Shown here in pieces: positions 52,697 to 61,915 of a stretch of DNA of 64,000 bases. Source of the stretch: an uncultured Chloroflexia bacterium (GTDB taxonomy: Bacteria; Chloroflexota; Limnocylindria; Limnocylindrales; CSP1-4); the NCBI GenBank assembly GCA_963768035.1, contig CAVYGJ010000007.1:223157-287156 (forward strand), in the 5' to 3' direction. Both the position numbers and the translations under genes were made by a program. The notes under the pieces are model-generated. The model had not been told where the DNA came from. It ran no database searches and worked only from the letters and a program-made list of their open reading frames with translations. How positions within the stretch are numbered: the first letter of the stretch is position 1; each line of letters opens with the position of its first letter.

Positions 52697-53521
52697 GTGA
52701 GCGGTACGACTGGCGCCGCGGCGCAAGCGGAGGAGCACCCGAGCAACGCGTACGAGCTGTTCATCCTCGTGCTCACGGTGCTCTCGCTCGGCATCATGGT
52801 CGCGATGCTGTTGCCGCTCACCGAGGAGACGATCAGCCTCCTGATGATCTACGACAACCTCGTCTGCGTCGTCTTCCTCGCCGACTTCGCCAAGAACCTG
52901 TTCGGTCGCAACGGCGGGCGCGAGTACTTCATCCACCAGCGCGGCTGGCTGGACCTCCTGGGCTCGATCCCGAGCCTCGGCATCCTGCGCTACGCGGCGC
53001 TCCTCCGGCTCGCCCGGATCAGCAGGCTCGTCCGGATCTCGCGCCTCCTCCGCGGCGACGCCCGGCATCGCCTCGTGGACGACCTCGTCCGCAACCGCGG
53101 CCAGTACGCGGCGTTCATCACCGTGCTCTCGGCGTTCCTCGTGATCGTCGTCGCGAGCGTGCTCGTGCTCCAGTTCGAGAGCTCCGCCGAGGGCGCCAAC
53201 ATCGCGACCGGCGGCGACGCGTTCTGGTGGGGCGTCGTGACGATCACGACGGTGGGCTACGGCGACCGGTTCCCGGTCACGCTCGCCGGGCGGATCACGG
53301 CCGCGTTCGTCATGTTCGCGGGCGTGGGCATCATCGGATCGCTCGCCAGCATCCTCGCGAGCCTGCTGGTCCCGAGCGCCGCGGAATCCGCGGAGGCGGC
53401 CGAGGCTGCCGGCGGTAGCGCCGACAGCGCCACGGACCCCGTGCTCCACGCAGAGCTCGTGGCGATCCGCCAGGAGCTCGCGGAGCTGCGCCGCTCGCTG
53501 GACGTCGCGGACACCGCGTGA
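52697..53521 (+). CDS. Voltage-gated (Kv/KvAP-like) potassium channel subunit.
   Basis: S4 arginine ladder (RLARISRLVRISRLLR), pore helix and selectivity filter TTVGYGD; 274 aa. Confidence 0.8.
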   Translation: MSGTTGAAAQAEEHPSNAYELFILVLTVLSLGIMVAMLLPLTEETISLLMIYDNLVCVVFLADFAKNLFGRNGGREYFIHQRGWLDLLGSIPSLGILRYAALLRLARISRLVRISRLLRGDARHRLVDDLVRNRGQYAAFITVLSAFLVIVVASVLVLQFESSAEGANIATGGDAFWWGVVTITTVGYGDRFPVTLAGRITAAFVMFAGVGIIGSLASILASLLVPSAAESAEAAEAAGGSADSATDPVLHAELVAIRQELAELRRSLDVADTA

Positions 53522-53585
53522 CCGACCCCCGCGATCGGGCGCTCGACCGAACCGACGCACGGCGGCCCGGCATCACGATCATCCT

Positions 53586-55733
53586 GTGCACGACCGGGAC
53601 GACCCCGGCATGACGGAGCCGCCTGTGACCACGCCCCCGCCCGAGCACGCCACGCGACCGCTCGTCCCCGACTGGCTCGTCCAGTCCGCGAGCCTCGGCT
53701 GGCGGCTGCTCGCGCTGATCGCGTTCGGCGTCGTGGCGCTCGCGGCCGCCGCGATCCTCGGGTCGGTCGTCGCGGCCGTCGTGCTCGCCGTGGTTGTCGT
53801 CGCGGCGTTCGACCCGCTGACCGACCGCCTGCGCGCGAGGGGCCGGTCCCCCGGCGCCGCGGCGGCGATCGTGACCCTCACCGTCGGGGCCGGCGGCCTC
53901 GTCGTCATCGCGGTCCTCGCGATCGTGTTCATCCCGGCCCTCCTGGACCTCGTGCGGGCCGTCGACGCCGGCCTGACCCACATCCAGAGCAGCCTCGAGG
54001 CCGCGGGCGTGCCGCCCCCCGCCTCGACGATCGTGTCCGACCTCGTCTCGACCGTTGCCGACTGGATGGCGTCGGCCGTCGGCGGCCTGGTCGCCTCCGT
54101 CGCCAACACCGCGACGGTCCTGCTGCTCGCGTTCTTCCTGCTGTTCTTCATGGTCACGGACCTCGACCGCGCCATCGACTGGATGCTCCAGGCGTCGTGG
54201 CCGTGGCAGCGCAGGGCCATCACGAACGCCGCGACCGACGCGCGGCGACGGCTCGGCGAGACGCTCCGCGAGACGGCCATCCGGTCGGTGGTGCTCGGCG
54301 CGGTCGCGCTCGGGCTCGGCCTCCTGTTCGGCGTACCGAACGCGCTGGCGCTCGCCCTCCTCGTCCTCCTCGGCGCCTTCATCCCGCTCGTCGGCCCGAT
54401 CGTGACCACGGCCTTCTTCGCGCTCGCCGTGCTGGCGGCCTCGGGCGCGCCCGCCGCGATCCTCTCGGTCGTCGCGATCGTCTTCGCCACCCTCACGCTG
54501 CCACGGATCCTCGGCCGCAACGTCAGTCCGGGCTACGGCGTCCACCCGATGGTCGTCCTCGTGGCGCTGAGCGTCGGCGCGATCGTCGGCGGGCTGCTCG
54601 GCGTCATCCTCGGTGTCCCCGTCGTGTTCGTGCTGTCGATCGTCGGGCCCGCGGTCATCGCGGCCCTCGACGAGGCGCCCGACGAGCCGAGCGAGGGCAT
54701 CGTGCCCCGCTGGCTGGACCGCCTCGCCCAGTGGAGCGTGCGCCTGCTCGTGCTCATCGGCATCGTCGCGCTGCTGATCATCGCGCTGGGGCAGGTGCCG
54801 ATCATGGTCGTCCCGCTCATCCTCGCCAGCGTCGCCGCGGCCACGCTCGCGCCCGGGGTCAGCGCCCTCCTCCGGCGGGGCCTGACCCCGACGGCGGGCG
54901 CCCTCGCGATGACCATCGGCGGCTTCGGCGCGATCCTCGTCATCGTCCTGGGCTCGCTCGCCGCGCTCGCGGGGCCGATGGACGAGATCGTCGCGAACGC
55001 GAGCAGCGGCGCCGGCAAGATCGACGAGCTGCTGGGGTCGACGAGCCTCGTGGCGATCGTCGCGGCGGCCGGTCCCGAGCTCCTCCAGTTCACGCTCACC
55101 CTGCTCGGCGGGCTCGCCGCGTTCGGGATCGTCGTCGTCGTGGGCTCGATCCTCACGTTCTACCTGCTGCGCGACGGCGCGGCCGGGTTCGAGCTCGTCA
55201 CGAGCCGCTTCACGAGCTGGCGCCACGACGAGCTCGAGGAGGTGGCGCGGCGCGCGAGCGGCGTGCTCGGCGGCTACATGATCGGCACGGGCGTCGTGTC
55301 GATCGTCGGCGCAGGCGCGCAGTTCATCCTCATGACGATCCTGGGGCTGCCGCTGGCGTGGCCGCTCGCCGTGCTGTCGTTCTTCGGCGGCTACATCCCG
55401 TACATCGGGCCGTTCCTCACGACGAGCCTCGCCTTCCTCGTCACCGTCGCCGTCGGCACGCCGACGGAGGTCGCGATCATGTTCGTGTTCACCCTGGTCA
55501 TCAACATCGTCCAGGGCAACATCGTCGCCCCGCTCGTGTACGGGAAGGCCGTGAGCATCCACCCGGCCGTCGTGCTGCTCGCGATCCCGGCCGGCAGCGC
55601 GATCGCCGGGATCGCCGGCATGTTCCTCGCGGTCCCCGTCGTCGGCATCCTCGCCACGACGTGGCGGATCGTCCTCCACGTCTTCGCCCGCGGGCCACGC
55701 GTCGCCACCGAGGTCGCGCCCGATCAGGCATGA
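53586..55733 (+). CDS. AI-2E-family (PerM/TqsA-like) transporter, internally duplicated with two fused AI-2E repeats.
   Basis: 715 aa, about 16 TM helices. Each half resembles a complete AI-2E permease (…GLLFGVPNALALALLVLLGAFIPLVGP… and …GLPLAWPLAVLSFFGGYIPYIGPF…). Confidence 0.65.
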   Translation: MHDRDDPGMTEPPVTTPPPEHATRPLVPDWLVQSASLGWRLLALIAFGVVALAAAAILGSVVAAVVLAVVVVAAFDPLTDRLRARGRSPGAAAAIVTLTVGAGGLVVIAVLAIVFIPALLDLVRAVDAGLTHIQSSLEAAGVPPPASTIVSDLVSTVADWMASAVGGLVASVANTATVLLLAFFLLFFMVTDLDRAIDWMLQASWPWQRRAITNAATDARRRLGETLRETAIRSVVLGAVALGLGLLFGVPNALALALLVLLGAFIPLVGPIVTTAFFALAVLAASGAPAAILSVVAIVFATLTLPRILGRNVSPGYGVHPMVVLVALSVGAIVGGLLGVILGVPVVFVLSIVGPAVIAALDEAPDEPSEGIVPRWLDRLAQWSVRLLVLIGIVALLIIALGQVPIMVVPLILASVAAATLAPGVSALLRRGLTPTAGALAMTIGGFGAILVIVLGSLAALAGPMDEIVANASSGAGKIDELLGSTSLVAIVAAAGPELLQFTLTLLGGLAAFGIVVVVGSILTFYLLRDGAAGFELVTSRFTSWRHDELEEVARRASGVLGGYMIGTGVVSIVGAGAQFILMTILGLPLAWPLAVLSFFGGYIPYIGPFLTTSLAFLVTVAVGTPTEVAIMFVFTLVINIVQGNIVAPLVYGKAVSIHPAVVLLAIPAGSAIAGIAGMFLAVPVVGILATTWRIVLHVFARGPRVATEVAPDQA

Positions 55734-55837
55734 TCCCCCCACGCGCGAGCCGCGCCCGCGTCGTGCGTCGCGCCCGAGGGGGTCAACCGTGAGCACCGTC
55801 ACCGACATCGGTACCGCGCCCGGCCGAGAGCACCGGC

Positions 55838-57640
55838 GTGACGCCGCGCCGTCGTGGTCGCCGGCTCGCGGCGGTCCTCGTCGCGCTGCTCGTCCTGCTT
55901 GCGGTTGGCGCCGGCGCGTCCGCGGCGTCGCTCTACGCGTGGGACGCCGGGTACGAGGGCCGCGTCCTCCCGGGTGTCAGCGTCGGCAGCGTCGACGTCT
56001 CGGGGATGACACGCGACGAGGCTGCGGCCGCGATCTCGGCCGCGTACCCGTTCGGCGACGGCCGGCTCGTCCTGCGGACACCCGATGGCGACGTCGCGAT
56101 CCCGTACGACGAGGTCGCCCGCGAGGCGAACACGGACGAGCTCGTCGACGCGGCGATGGCGACCGGCCGCGACGGTGATCTCGTGGACCGCACGGTCGGC
56201 CAGGTGCGCCTCGCGCTCGAGGGAACGACGCTGCCGGCCGCGACGGTCGGACTCGACGAGGCTGCGCTCACGACGCGCGTCACGGACGTCGTCGCGTCGC
56301 TGCGGCACTACCCGGTGAGCGCGACGATCGCGATGACGAAGAAGGGCGTGGTCATCGGACGCGCACGGACCGGTCGTGATGCGGACGCGGACCCGGTCGT
56401 GGCGGCTGCGGTGGCCGCGCTACAGGATCCCGCCGCCGCGACGGAGATCGTGATCCCGGTCGAGACGACGACGGTCCGTCCCAGGGTCGAGGACAGTGCG
56501 GTGTTCGCCGCCCGGACGCAGGCCGTGCGCATGGCCCGCGACGATCCGGCTGGCGACGAAGAAGCGCTCGTGGGCAATCCGGCAGCCGAGGTTCGGTCGT
56601 GGATCCGGTTCGCGCCCGCGGCCGGCGGGACGATCGTGCCCGTGATCGACGAGTCCGCCATTCCCGCGAACTTCAAGCACGCTGCCAAGGCCGTGAAGAG
56701 GCCCGCCAAGTCCGCCGAGTATCTGCGGGCCCGGTCCGGGCAAATCGTCGGTGTGGTTGCCAGCTCTGCCGGCCGCAAGCTCGACGGCCCGCGACCGTGG
56801 CCGCGATCGTGGCCGAGCTCGAGCGTCGCGCCGAGTGGCGCGACGCCCGCCAAGGTGAAGGTCCGCACGGCCCCGGTCGCGCCGAAGCTCGGGACGAGCG
56901 AGGCCGCGAAGACGGCCCCGGTCATGAGCCTCCTCGGCTCGTGGCAGACCTGGTTCCCCATCAGCGAGCGCAACTACTTCGGCGCGAACATCTGGGTCCC
57001 GGCGCAGCTCATCAACGGCACGGTCCTGCGGCCCGGCCAGTCGTTCGACTGGTGGGACGCGATCTGGCCCGTGACGCCCGCCCGCGGCTTCGGCCCCGGC
57101 GGGTTCATCGCGAGCGACCACACCGAGCCGACCGGCGCCCTGGGCGGCGGGATGTGCTCGAGCTCCACGACGCTGTTCAACGCGGCGATGCGCGCGGGCC
57201 TCGACATGGGCGCCCGCTCGAATCACAAGTACTACATCAGCCGCTACCCGCTCGGGCTCGACGCGACCGTCTCGATCACCGGTGGCGGTCGCCAGACGAT
57301 GAGCTTCCGCAACGACACCAAGGGGATCATCTTCATCCGCGGCTCGCGGATCCGGTCGGGCGGCGTCGGCTGGGTCCGCTACGAGATCTGGGGCATCCCC
57401 GATGGCCGGACCGTGCGCCTCTCCGGGGCGAGCGTCTCGAACGTGCGCGAGGCGACCACGACGACCGTCAAGGTCGACACGCTGCCCAAGGGCGTCAAGG
57501 AAGTGATCGAGTACCCGTCCAACGGGATGACGACGTCGGTGAGCCGGGTCGTCCGCGACGCGAAGGGCCGCGTCATCCACAACGACACCTGGGTCTCGCA
57601 CTACGTGCTCTGGAACGGGATCATCAACGTCGGCCGGTAG
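55838..57640 (+). CDS. VanW-domain protein (membrane-anchored); two compensating frameshifts near 56770-56850. It may start earlier, at GTG 55789.
   Basis: TM anchor (LAAVLVALLVLLAV) and a VanW core (GGGMCSSSTTLFNAAMRAGL). The segment ATVAAIVAELERRAE is readable only in an alternate frame between 56770 and 56850. A GGGGG motif precedes an alternative GTG start at 55789, which is in yet another frame. Confidence 0.65.
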   Translation: MTPRRRGRRLAAVLVALLVLLAVGAGASAASLYAWDAGYEGRVLPGVSVGSVDVSGMTRDEAAAAISAAYPFGDGRLVLRTPDGDVAIPYDEVAREANTDELVDAAMATGRDGDLVDRTVGQVRLALEGTTLPAATVGLDEAALTTRVTDVVASLRHYPVSATIAMTKKGVVIGRARTGRDADADPVVAAAVAALQDPAAATEIVIPVETTTVRPRVEDSAVFAARTQAVRMARDDPAGDEEALVGNPAAEVRSWIRFAPAAGGTIVPVIDESAIPANFKHAAKAVKRPAKSAEYLRARSGQIVGVVASSAGRKLDGPRPWPRSWPSSSVAPSGATPAKVKVRTAPVAPKLGTSEAAKTAPVMSLLGSWQTWFPISERNYFGANIWVPAQLINGTVLRPGQSFDWWDAIWPVTPARGFGPGGFIASDHTEPTGALGGGMCSSSTTLFNAAMRAGLDMGARSNHKYYISRYPLGLDATVSITGGGRQTMSFRNDTKGIIFIRGSRIRSGGVGWVRYEIWGIPDGRTVRLSGASVSNVREATTTTVKVDTLPKGVKEVIEYPSNGMTTSVSRVVRDAKGRVIHNDTWVSHYVLWNGIINVGR

Positions 57641-57730
57641 GATCCTGCGCGGCGACCGGGCGTCCCATCGCGGCCGGGTCGGGCGTCAGAGGACCGCCGC
57701 GACCACGGCGGCGGCGCGAGGGAGAACCGG

Positions 57731-59122
57731 GTGATCGATCGGGGTCGGACGTGGCTCGGGCGGTTCCTGCCGCAGGGTGCCATCCTGCTCGCCGTCCTGA
57801 CGTTCGCCGCCTACCTGGCGGGGCTCGTCCGCGACCGCATCTTCGCCCGGACGTATGGCGCCGGACCCGAGCTCGACGCGTACAACGCGGCGTTCGTGCT
57901 CCCGGAGCTGCTGCTGGACGTCCTCGTCGCCGCCGGGCTCACGGCGCCGTTCGTGCCGGTGTTCACGACGCTGCGGCGGGACGCCCCCGGTGACGCGGCG
58001 CCGTTCGCCCAGACCGTCCTGACCCTCGCGGTCAGCGTGATGGGCATCGGCTCCGTGCTGCTGTTCTTCGCGGCGCCGGCCACGGTCCAGCTCATCGCCC
58101 CGGGCTTCGACGAGCCCACGAAGGCGCTCTACCTCGACCTGTTCCGGATCATGCTCCTGACGCCGATCCTGTTCGCGGCGTCGATCACGCTGGGCGAGAT
58201 CCTCGTCGCCGAGCGGCGGTTCCTGTTCTACGCGCTCGCGCCGATCCTCTACAACGTCGGGATCGTCGCGGGAACCGTCCTCCTCCACGACCGGATCGGG
58301 ATCCACGCGGCGGCCGTCGGCGCGGTCCTCGGCGCGTCGCTCCACCTCGGGATCCGGGTCGTGGGCATGGCCCGCTCGAGCGTCCGCATCCGTCCCCGCC
58401 TCCGGCTCCGGATGGCGGCCCTGCGCGAGTTCCTGCTGCTCATGGTCCCCAAGATGCTCGCCCACCCGATCGAGCCGATCACGTTCCTGTTCTTCACCAA
58501 CGTCGCCTCGGGGCTCGCGGCGGGCTCGGTCACGTCGGTGAGCTTCGCCCGGAACTTCCAGAGCGTGCCGGTGGCCCTCGTCGGGGTCGCCATCTCGCTG
58601 GCCGCGTTCCCGTCCCTGTCCGCGGTCTGGGCGTCCGGCGACCGGGCGGCGTTCGGCCGGCTCGTGCGCACGAACGCGATCACGATCACGGTCCTCACCG
58701 TCATCTCGGCGGTCCTGCTCGTCATCGTCGGGCCGCTCGCGATCGAGGTGCTCCTCGGCGGTGGCGAGTTCGACGCCGAGGACGTCCGGGTGACCGGGAT
58801 GGTCCTCGCGGCGTTCGCGCTCGCCGTCCCGTTCGACGCCCTCGGCCACCTCACCGCGCGCGGCCTGTACGCGACCCACAACACGCTGCTGCCGGTGCTG
58901 GCGTCGGTCGCCGGGTTCGCCGTCACGGTCTGGGCAACGCTCGCCCTGGTGGACGGCGTCGGCGTGATCGCGATCCCGCTCGGGTTCGCGGCCGGGACCG
59001 CGGTGCGCACGATCCTCCAGGGGACGGCGCTCGCGTGGCGCATCGGGCGCGCGCCGATCCCCGAGTACGTGCCGGAGGGCGACGAGGCGGCCGACGCCCG
59101 CGAGGACGCGGACGCCGCCTAG
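57731..59122 (+). CDS. Second MurJ/MviN-family (MOP superfamily) flippase paralogue.
   Basis: 463-aa polytopic ORF whose N-terminal motifs parallel MurJ (RDRIFARTYGAGPELDAYNAAFVLPELL...TAPFVPVFT). Confidence 0.7.
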   Translation: MIDRGRTWLGRFLPQGAILLAVLTFAAYLAGLVRDRIFARTYGAGPELDAYNAAFVLPELLLDVLVAAGLTAPFVPVFTTLRRDAPGDAAPFAQTVLTLAVSVMGIGSVLLFFAAPATVQLIAPGFDEPTKALYLDLFRIMLLTPILFAASITLGEILVAERRFLFYALAPILYNVGIVAGTVLLHDRIGIHAAAVGAVLGASLHLGIRVVGMARSSVRIRPRLRLRMAALREFLLLMVPKMLAHPIEPITFLFFTNVASGLAAGSVTSVSFARNFQSVPVALVGVAISLAAFPSLSAVWASGDRAAFGRLVRTNAITITVLTVISAVLLVIVGPLAIEVLLGGGEFDAEDVRVTGMVLAAFALAVPFDALGHLTARGLYATHNTLLPVLASVAGFAVTVWATLALVDGVGVIAIPLGFAAGTAVRTILQGTALAWRIGRAPIPEYVPEGDEAADAREDADAA

Positions 59123-60063
59123 CGGTTGAGCGCCTGGGTGGGCACGACGGAGATGAACAGCCCGTCGCGATCCGGGTAGTTGCCCTCGGGACGCTTCCAG
59201 GGGAGGTAGTTCCGGCGCATCTCGTCCGCGTTCTGGTAGGTGCCCGGCGGATCCGATGCGCCCCAGATCGAGGACACCCGCGGGTACCACGGGTCGAGGA
59301 CGTAGGCGCCGCTGATCCGGGCGTTCTTGAACACGAGCGGGTCGGCGTCCGCGCGGTAGCCGGTCATGACCCAGGTGTGCGCCCCGCGCCAGGCGAGGAG
59401 CAGGACCGGGGCGTGGTAGCGGGCGATCGCCTTCGCCGCGTCCTTGAGGGCGGAGGCCCGGGTCTTGTACGCCCGGACCTCGTAGCCGGGGACGTCGTAC
59501 GCCGCGAGCGCCTTCACCATGGCCGACGGCCCCCAGCCGCCGTTGAGGCTGTCGCGCCGGCTCTCCCACTCGTCGATCCGGCCCGCGAGCTTGCGCTGGA
59601 ACGACTCGCCGAGGTCCGCCGTCCCGTGGAGCGCCATCACCATCTGGACGCCCGCGACGGCGCACCACTCCTTGTCGATCTCGGTCACGAACCAGCGGTC
59701 GGGCTTCTTGAGCAGGTTGACGTCGACCTTCACGCGCTGTGGCGCGGCGGTCGGGGCCGGGGTGGGCGGCGGCGTCTCACCCGGCTCCAGCGACACGGCG
59801 GGAGTCGGGTCGATGGTCGGGGCGTCGAGGGGATCGTCCTCGTCGCCCGGCTCCGGGGTCACGAGGACCGCCGCCGCGATCGCCCGGTCGGGCGGCGGGT
59901 CGATGACGAGCTCGATCCTGCGCGCGAGGCTCTGGAGCTTCTCCCGGGCACCGAACAGGTCCGCTGCCACCGCACCGGTCACGGCGAGCACCGCGGCCGC
60001 GAGCAGCAGCGCGACGACATGGCGGCGGCGAAGACCGCCGAGTCGGCGGGGTGCGTGGGTCAT
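59119..60063 (-). CDS. Membrane-anchored or secreted hypothetical protein with a Pro/Thr-rich linker and a Cys-containing globular domain.
   Basis: Start MTHAPRRLGG plus a TM helix (VVALLLAAAVLAVTGAV), a PT-rich linker and a domain containing WCAVAGVQMV. The stop overlaps the convergent stop of the MurJ paralogue. Confidence 0.45.
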   Translation of the reverse strand: MTHAPRRLGGLRRRHVVALLLAAAVLAVTGAVAADLFGAREKLQSLARRIELVIDPPPDRAIAAAVLVTPEPGDEDDPLDAPTIDPTPAVSLEPGETPPPTPAPTAAPQRVKVDVNLLKKPDRWFVTEIDKEWCAVAGVQMVMALHGTADLGESFQRKLAGRIDEWESRRDSLNGGWGPSAMVKALAAYDVPGYEVRAYKTRASALKDAAKAIARYHAPVLLLAWRGAHTWVMTGYRADADPLVFKNARISGAYVLDPWYPRVSSIWGASDPPGTYQNADEMRRNYLPWKRPEGNYPDRDGLFISVVPTQALNR

Positions 60064-60154
60064 GCAGGGATCTCCGGGCGGGGCGACCGCCGGAAAGACG
60101 CGCGACCGGGTCGCGCTGCGACGCGCGCCAGGCCCGAGGTCTCGTCCGAAGGGG

Positions 60155-60469
60155 TCAGGCGGCCTTCGGCTTGCGCCCGCGGCCACCCGGCAGCTTGCCG
60201 GTGGACAGGTAGATGGTGCGGCCGCGGATGGCCATGTTCGTGCCCGGCTTGTGGGCGGCGATCGCCCGCTTCACGGCGGCGCGCATCGTCGGAACCTTCT
60301 CCGCGGGATCGAGCTCGACGGCGAGGATGTCCTCGTCGCTGCGCAGCCGCCCGAAGGCCTTGCGGATCTCCTCCTCGCGCTGGAGGGCGGCCAGCTGGCG
60401 CGGCGACAAGGCCCGTTCCTTGGGCTTCTTGGGCGCAAGCTCTTCCAGCTTCGCGGCACGAATGCGCAT
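60155..60469 (-). CDS. Small basic hypothetical protein.
   Basis: 104-aa Lys/Arg-rich ORF with consistent codon bias and a weak Shine-Dalgarno sequence. Confidence 0.3.
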   Translation of the reverse strand: MRIRAAKLEELAPKKPKERALSPRQLAALQREEEIRKAFGRLRSDEDILAVELDPAEKVPTMRAAVKRAIAAHKPGTNMAIRGRTIYLSTGKLPGGRGRKPKAA

Positions 60470-60634
60470 GATCGTTTGACCTTTCCCGACGTGTGACGGC
60501 GATGGGCGCGCGGATCATGACACGAATCCGGGCCCTGCGGCCACACGTCGTAGGTTTACCTGAGCGCCGATGCGCTTTCATCGGCCCAGTTTCATTTCCG
60601 GCGACCGCTCCGACACCTCACCGGCATCACCGTG

Positions 60635-60648
60635 CACTCTGCAGAGTG
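60635..60648. promoter_or_regulatory. Perfect 14-bp palindrome (CACTCTG|CAGAGTG) in a 255-bp divergent intergenic region; a candidate operator.
   Basis: Read directly from the sequence. It lies 77 bp upstream of the RDD gene ATG. A separate 7-bp-stem hairpin (GCCGATG-cgcttt-CATCGGC) sits at 60556-60575. Confidence 0.35.
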
Positions 60649-60724
60649 GGGTTCCATCCGCGCACGCTGAGCCCTATCCTGCTCGCGTACGACGCGGTGT
60701 CGCGTCGACGAGGGAGGTTTCCGA

Positions 60725-61420
60725 ATGACAGAGCCCACCGGGGGGACGCCGCCGCTTCCGCCCCAGGAGCCGCCGACGGCGGCCGTGCCGCCCGTCGCCG
60801 CGACAGCACCAGCCGCTCCAGCGCCTGCAGCACCCGCCGCCAGCTCCTGGCAGGTGCCCCCGCCGTCCGCAGGCGCGACGGCGGCCGGACCTGCTCCGGG
60901 TATCGCCTACGCCGGCCTGGGCATCCGCATCGTTGCGCTGATCATCGACTACATCCTCCTGTTGATCGTCTTCTCGTTCGTCGCCATTGCCCTTGGCGCG
61001 ATCTTCCTCACCTCGCTCATCAACAGCGGCTCGTTCATGGCGATCATCGCGGGCGTCCTGCTCGCAATCGCCAACCTCGTCATCAGCGCCGTCTACTTCA
61101 TCTGGACCTGGACGAACCCCGACCTCCGGGCGTCGCTCGGCCAGCGCGTCGTGGGGCTCAACACGGTCAGCGCGACGGATGGCGCGACCGTGACCCGTCC
61201 GCAGGCCGTGCAGCGCTGGGTGTACCTGTTCGGGCTCGTCGCCCTCGCGTCGGCGATGCAGTCGGCCCTCAGCGCGACCTCGCTCGGAACGCTCGCCTAC
61301 CTCATCGGGCTGCTGGCGTTCGCCTACGAGGTCTTCCTGCTCTGGACCACGTACCAGAGCCCGAAGAAGCAGGGCTACCACGACGTCCAGGCGGGCACCG
61401 TGGTCATCAAGCGCGGCTGA
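60725..61420 (+). CDS. RDD-family membrane protein with a Pro/Ala-rich N-terminus.
   Basis: A GGGAGG motif precedes the ATG; RDD-type topology (IRIVALIIDYILLLIVF...) in a 231-aa ORF. Confidence 0.65.
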   Translation: MTEPTGGTPPLPPQEPPTAAVPPVAATAPAAPAPAAPAASSWQVPPPSAGATAAGPAPGIAYAGLGIRIVALIIDYILLLIVFSFVAIALGAIFLTSLINSGSFMAIIAGVLLAIANLVISAVYFIWTWTNPDLRASLGQRVVGLNTVSATDGATVTRPQAVQRWVYLFGLVALASAMQSALSATSLGTLAYLIGLLAFAYEVFLLWTTYQSPKKQGYHDVQAGTVVIKRG

Positions 61421-61446
61421 TCCGCGCAAGCGCACCAACGAACGAC

Positions 61447-61476
61447 GGGGCCGGCATCGCCGGCCCCGTTTCGATT
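61447..61476 (+). terminator. Rho-independent terminator (9-bp GC stem, 3-nt loop, then GTTTCGATT) serving the convergent RDD and vapC genes.
   Basis: ggggccggc-atc-gccggcccc followed by a T-rich tract, located between the RDD stop (61420) and the vapC stop (61485). Confidence 0.55.
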
Positions 61477-61484
61477 CCCGGAGC

Positions 61485-61898
61485 CTACGGCTCGAAGTCG
61501 AGGCTGCGCATGTGGCGCGGTCGGAAGACCGCGATCGGCCGGCGGTCGAACGAGGCGACCCTGCGGATCCCGAGCCGCTCGGCCGTCGCGACGAGCAGCG
61601 CGTCCGCGAGCCGCGGGCGGTGCTCCGCCGTCTCGGTCATGAGGTCGGCCGCCCGCGAGAGGTCCTCCAGGGTCGGCGGGACGAGGCGGATCGAGCCCGC
61701 GACGATCGACTCGATGACCGCCCGGCTCGCGTCGGCCCCGAGCTCGCGCTGGAGCAGGACGTCCAGCTCCGCGAGGCCGAGGGCGCCCAGCAGCAGGGGC
61801 TCGTCGACCCGCTCGAACCATGCCACCGCCGCGCGGTGGTTGAGGTCGGCGGCGTCCGCTGCGGCCAGCACCGCCGACGGGTCGAGGAGGATGGCCAC
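61485..61898 (-). CDS. vapC: PIN-domain toxin (VapC).
   Basis: PIN acidic residues (ILLDPSAVLAA...ELDVLLQREL...DALLVATA...DRRP) in a roughly 137-aa reading from a GTG at 61898, directly downstream of the antitoxin. The annotated ORF extension to 62183 overlaps vapB. Confidence 0.6.
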   Translation of the reverse strand: MAILLDPSAVLAAADAADLNHRAAVAWFERVDEPLLLGALGLAELDVLLQRELGADASRAVIESIVAGSIRLVPPTLEDLSRAADLMTETAEHRPRLADALLVATAERLGIRRVASFDRRPIAVFRPRHMRSLDFEP

Positions 61899-61915
61899 GA
61901 CGAGGTGCCCGCGGC

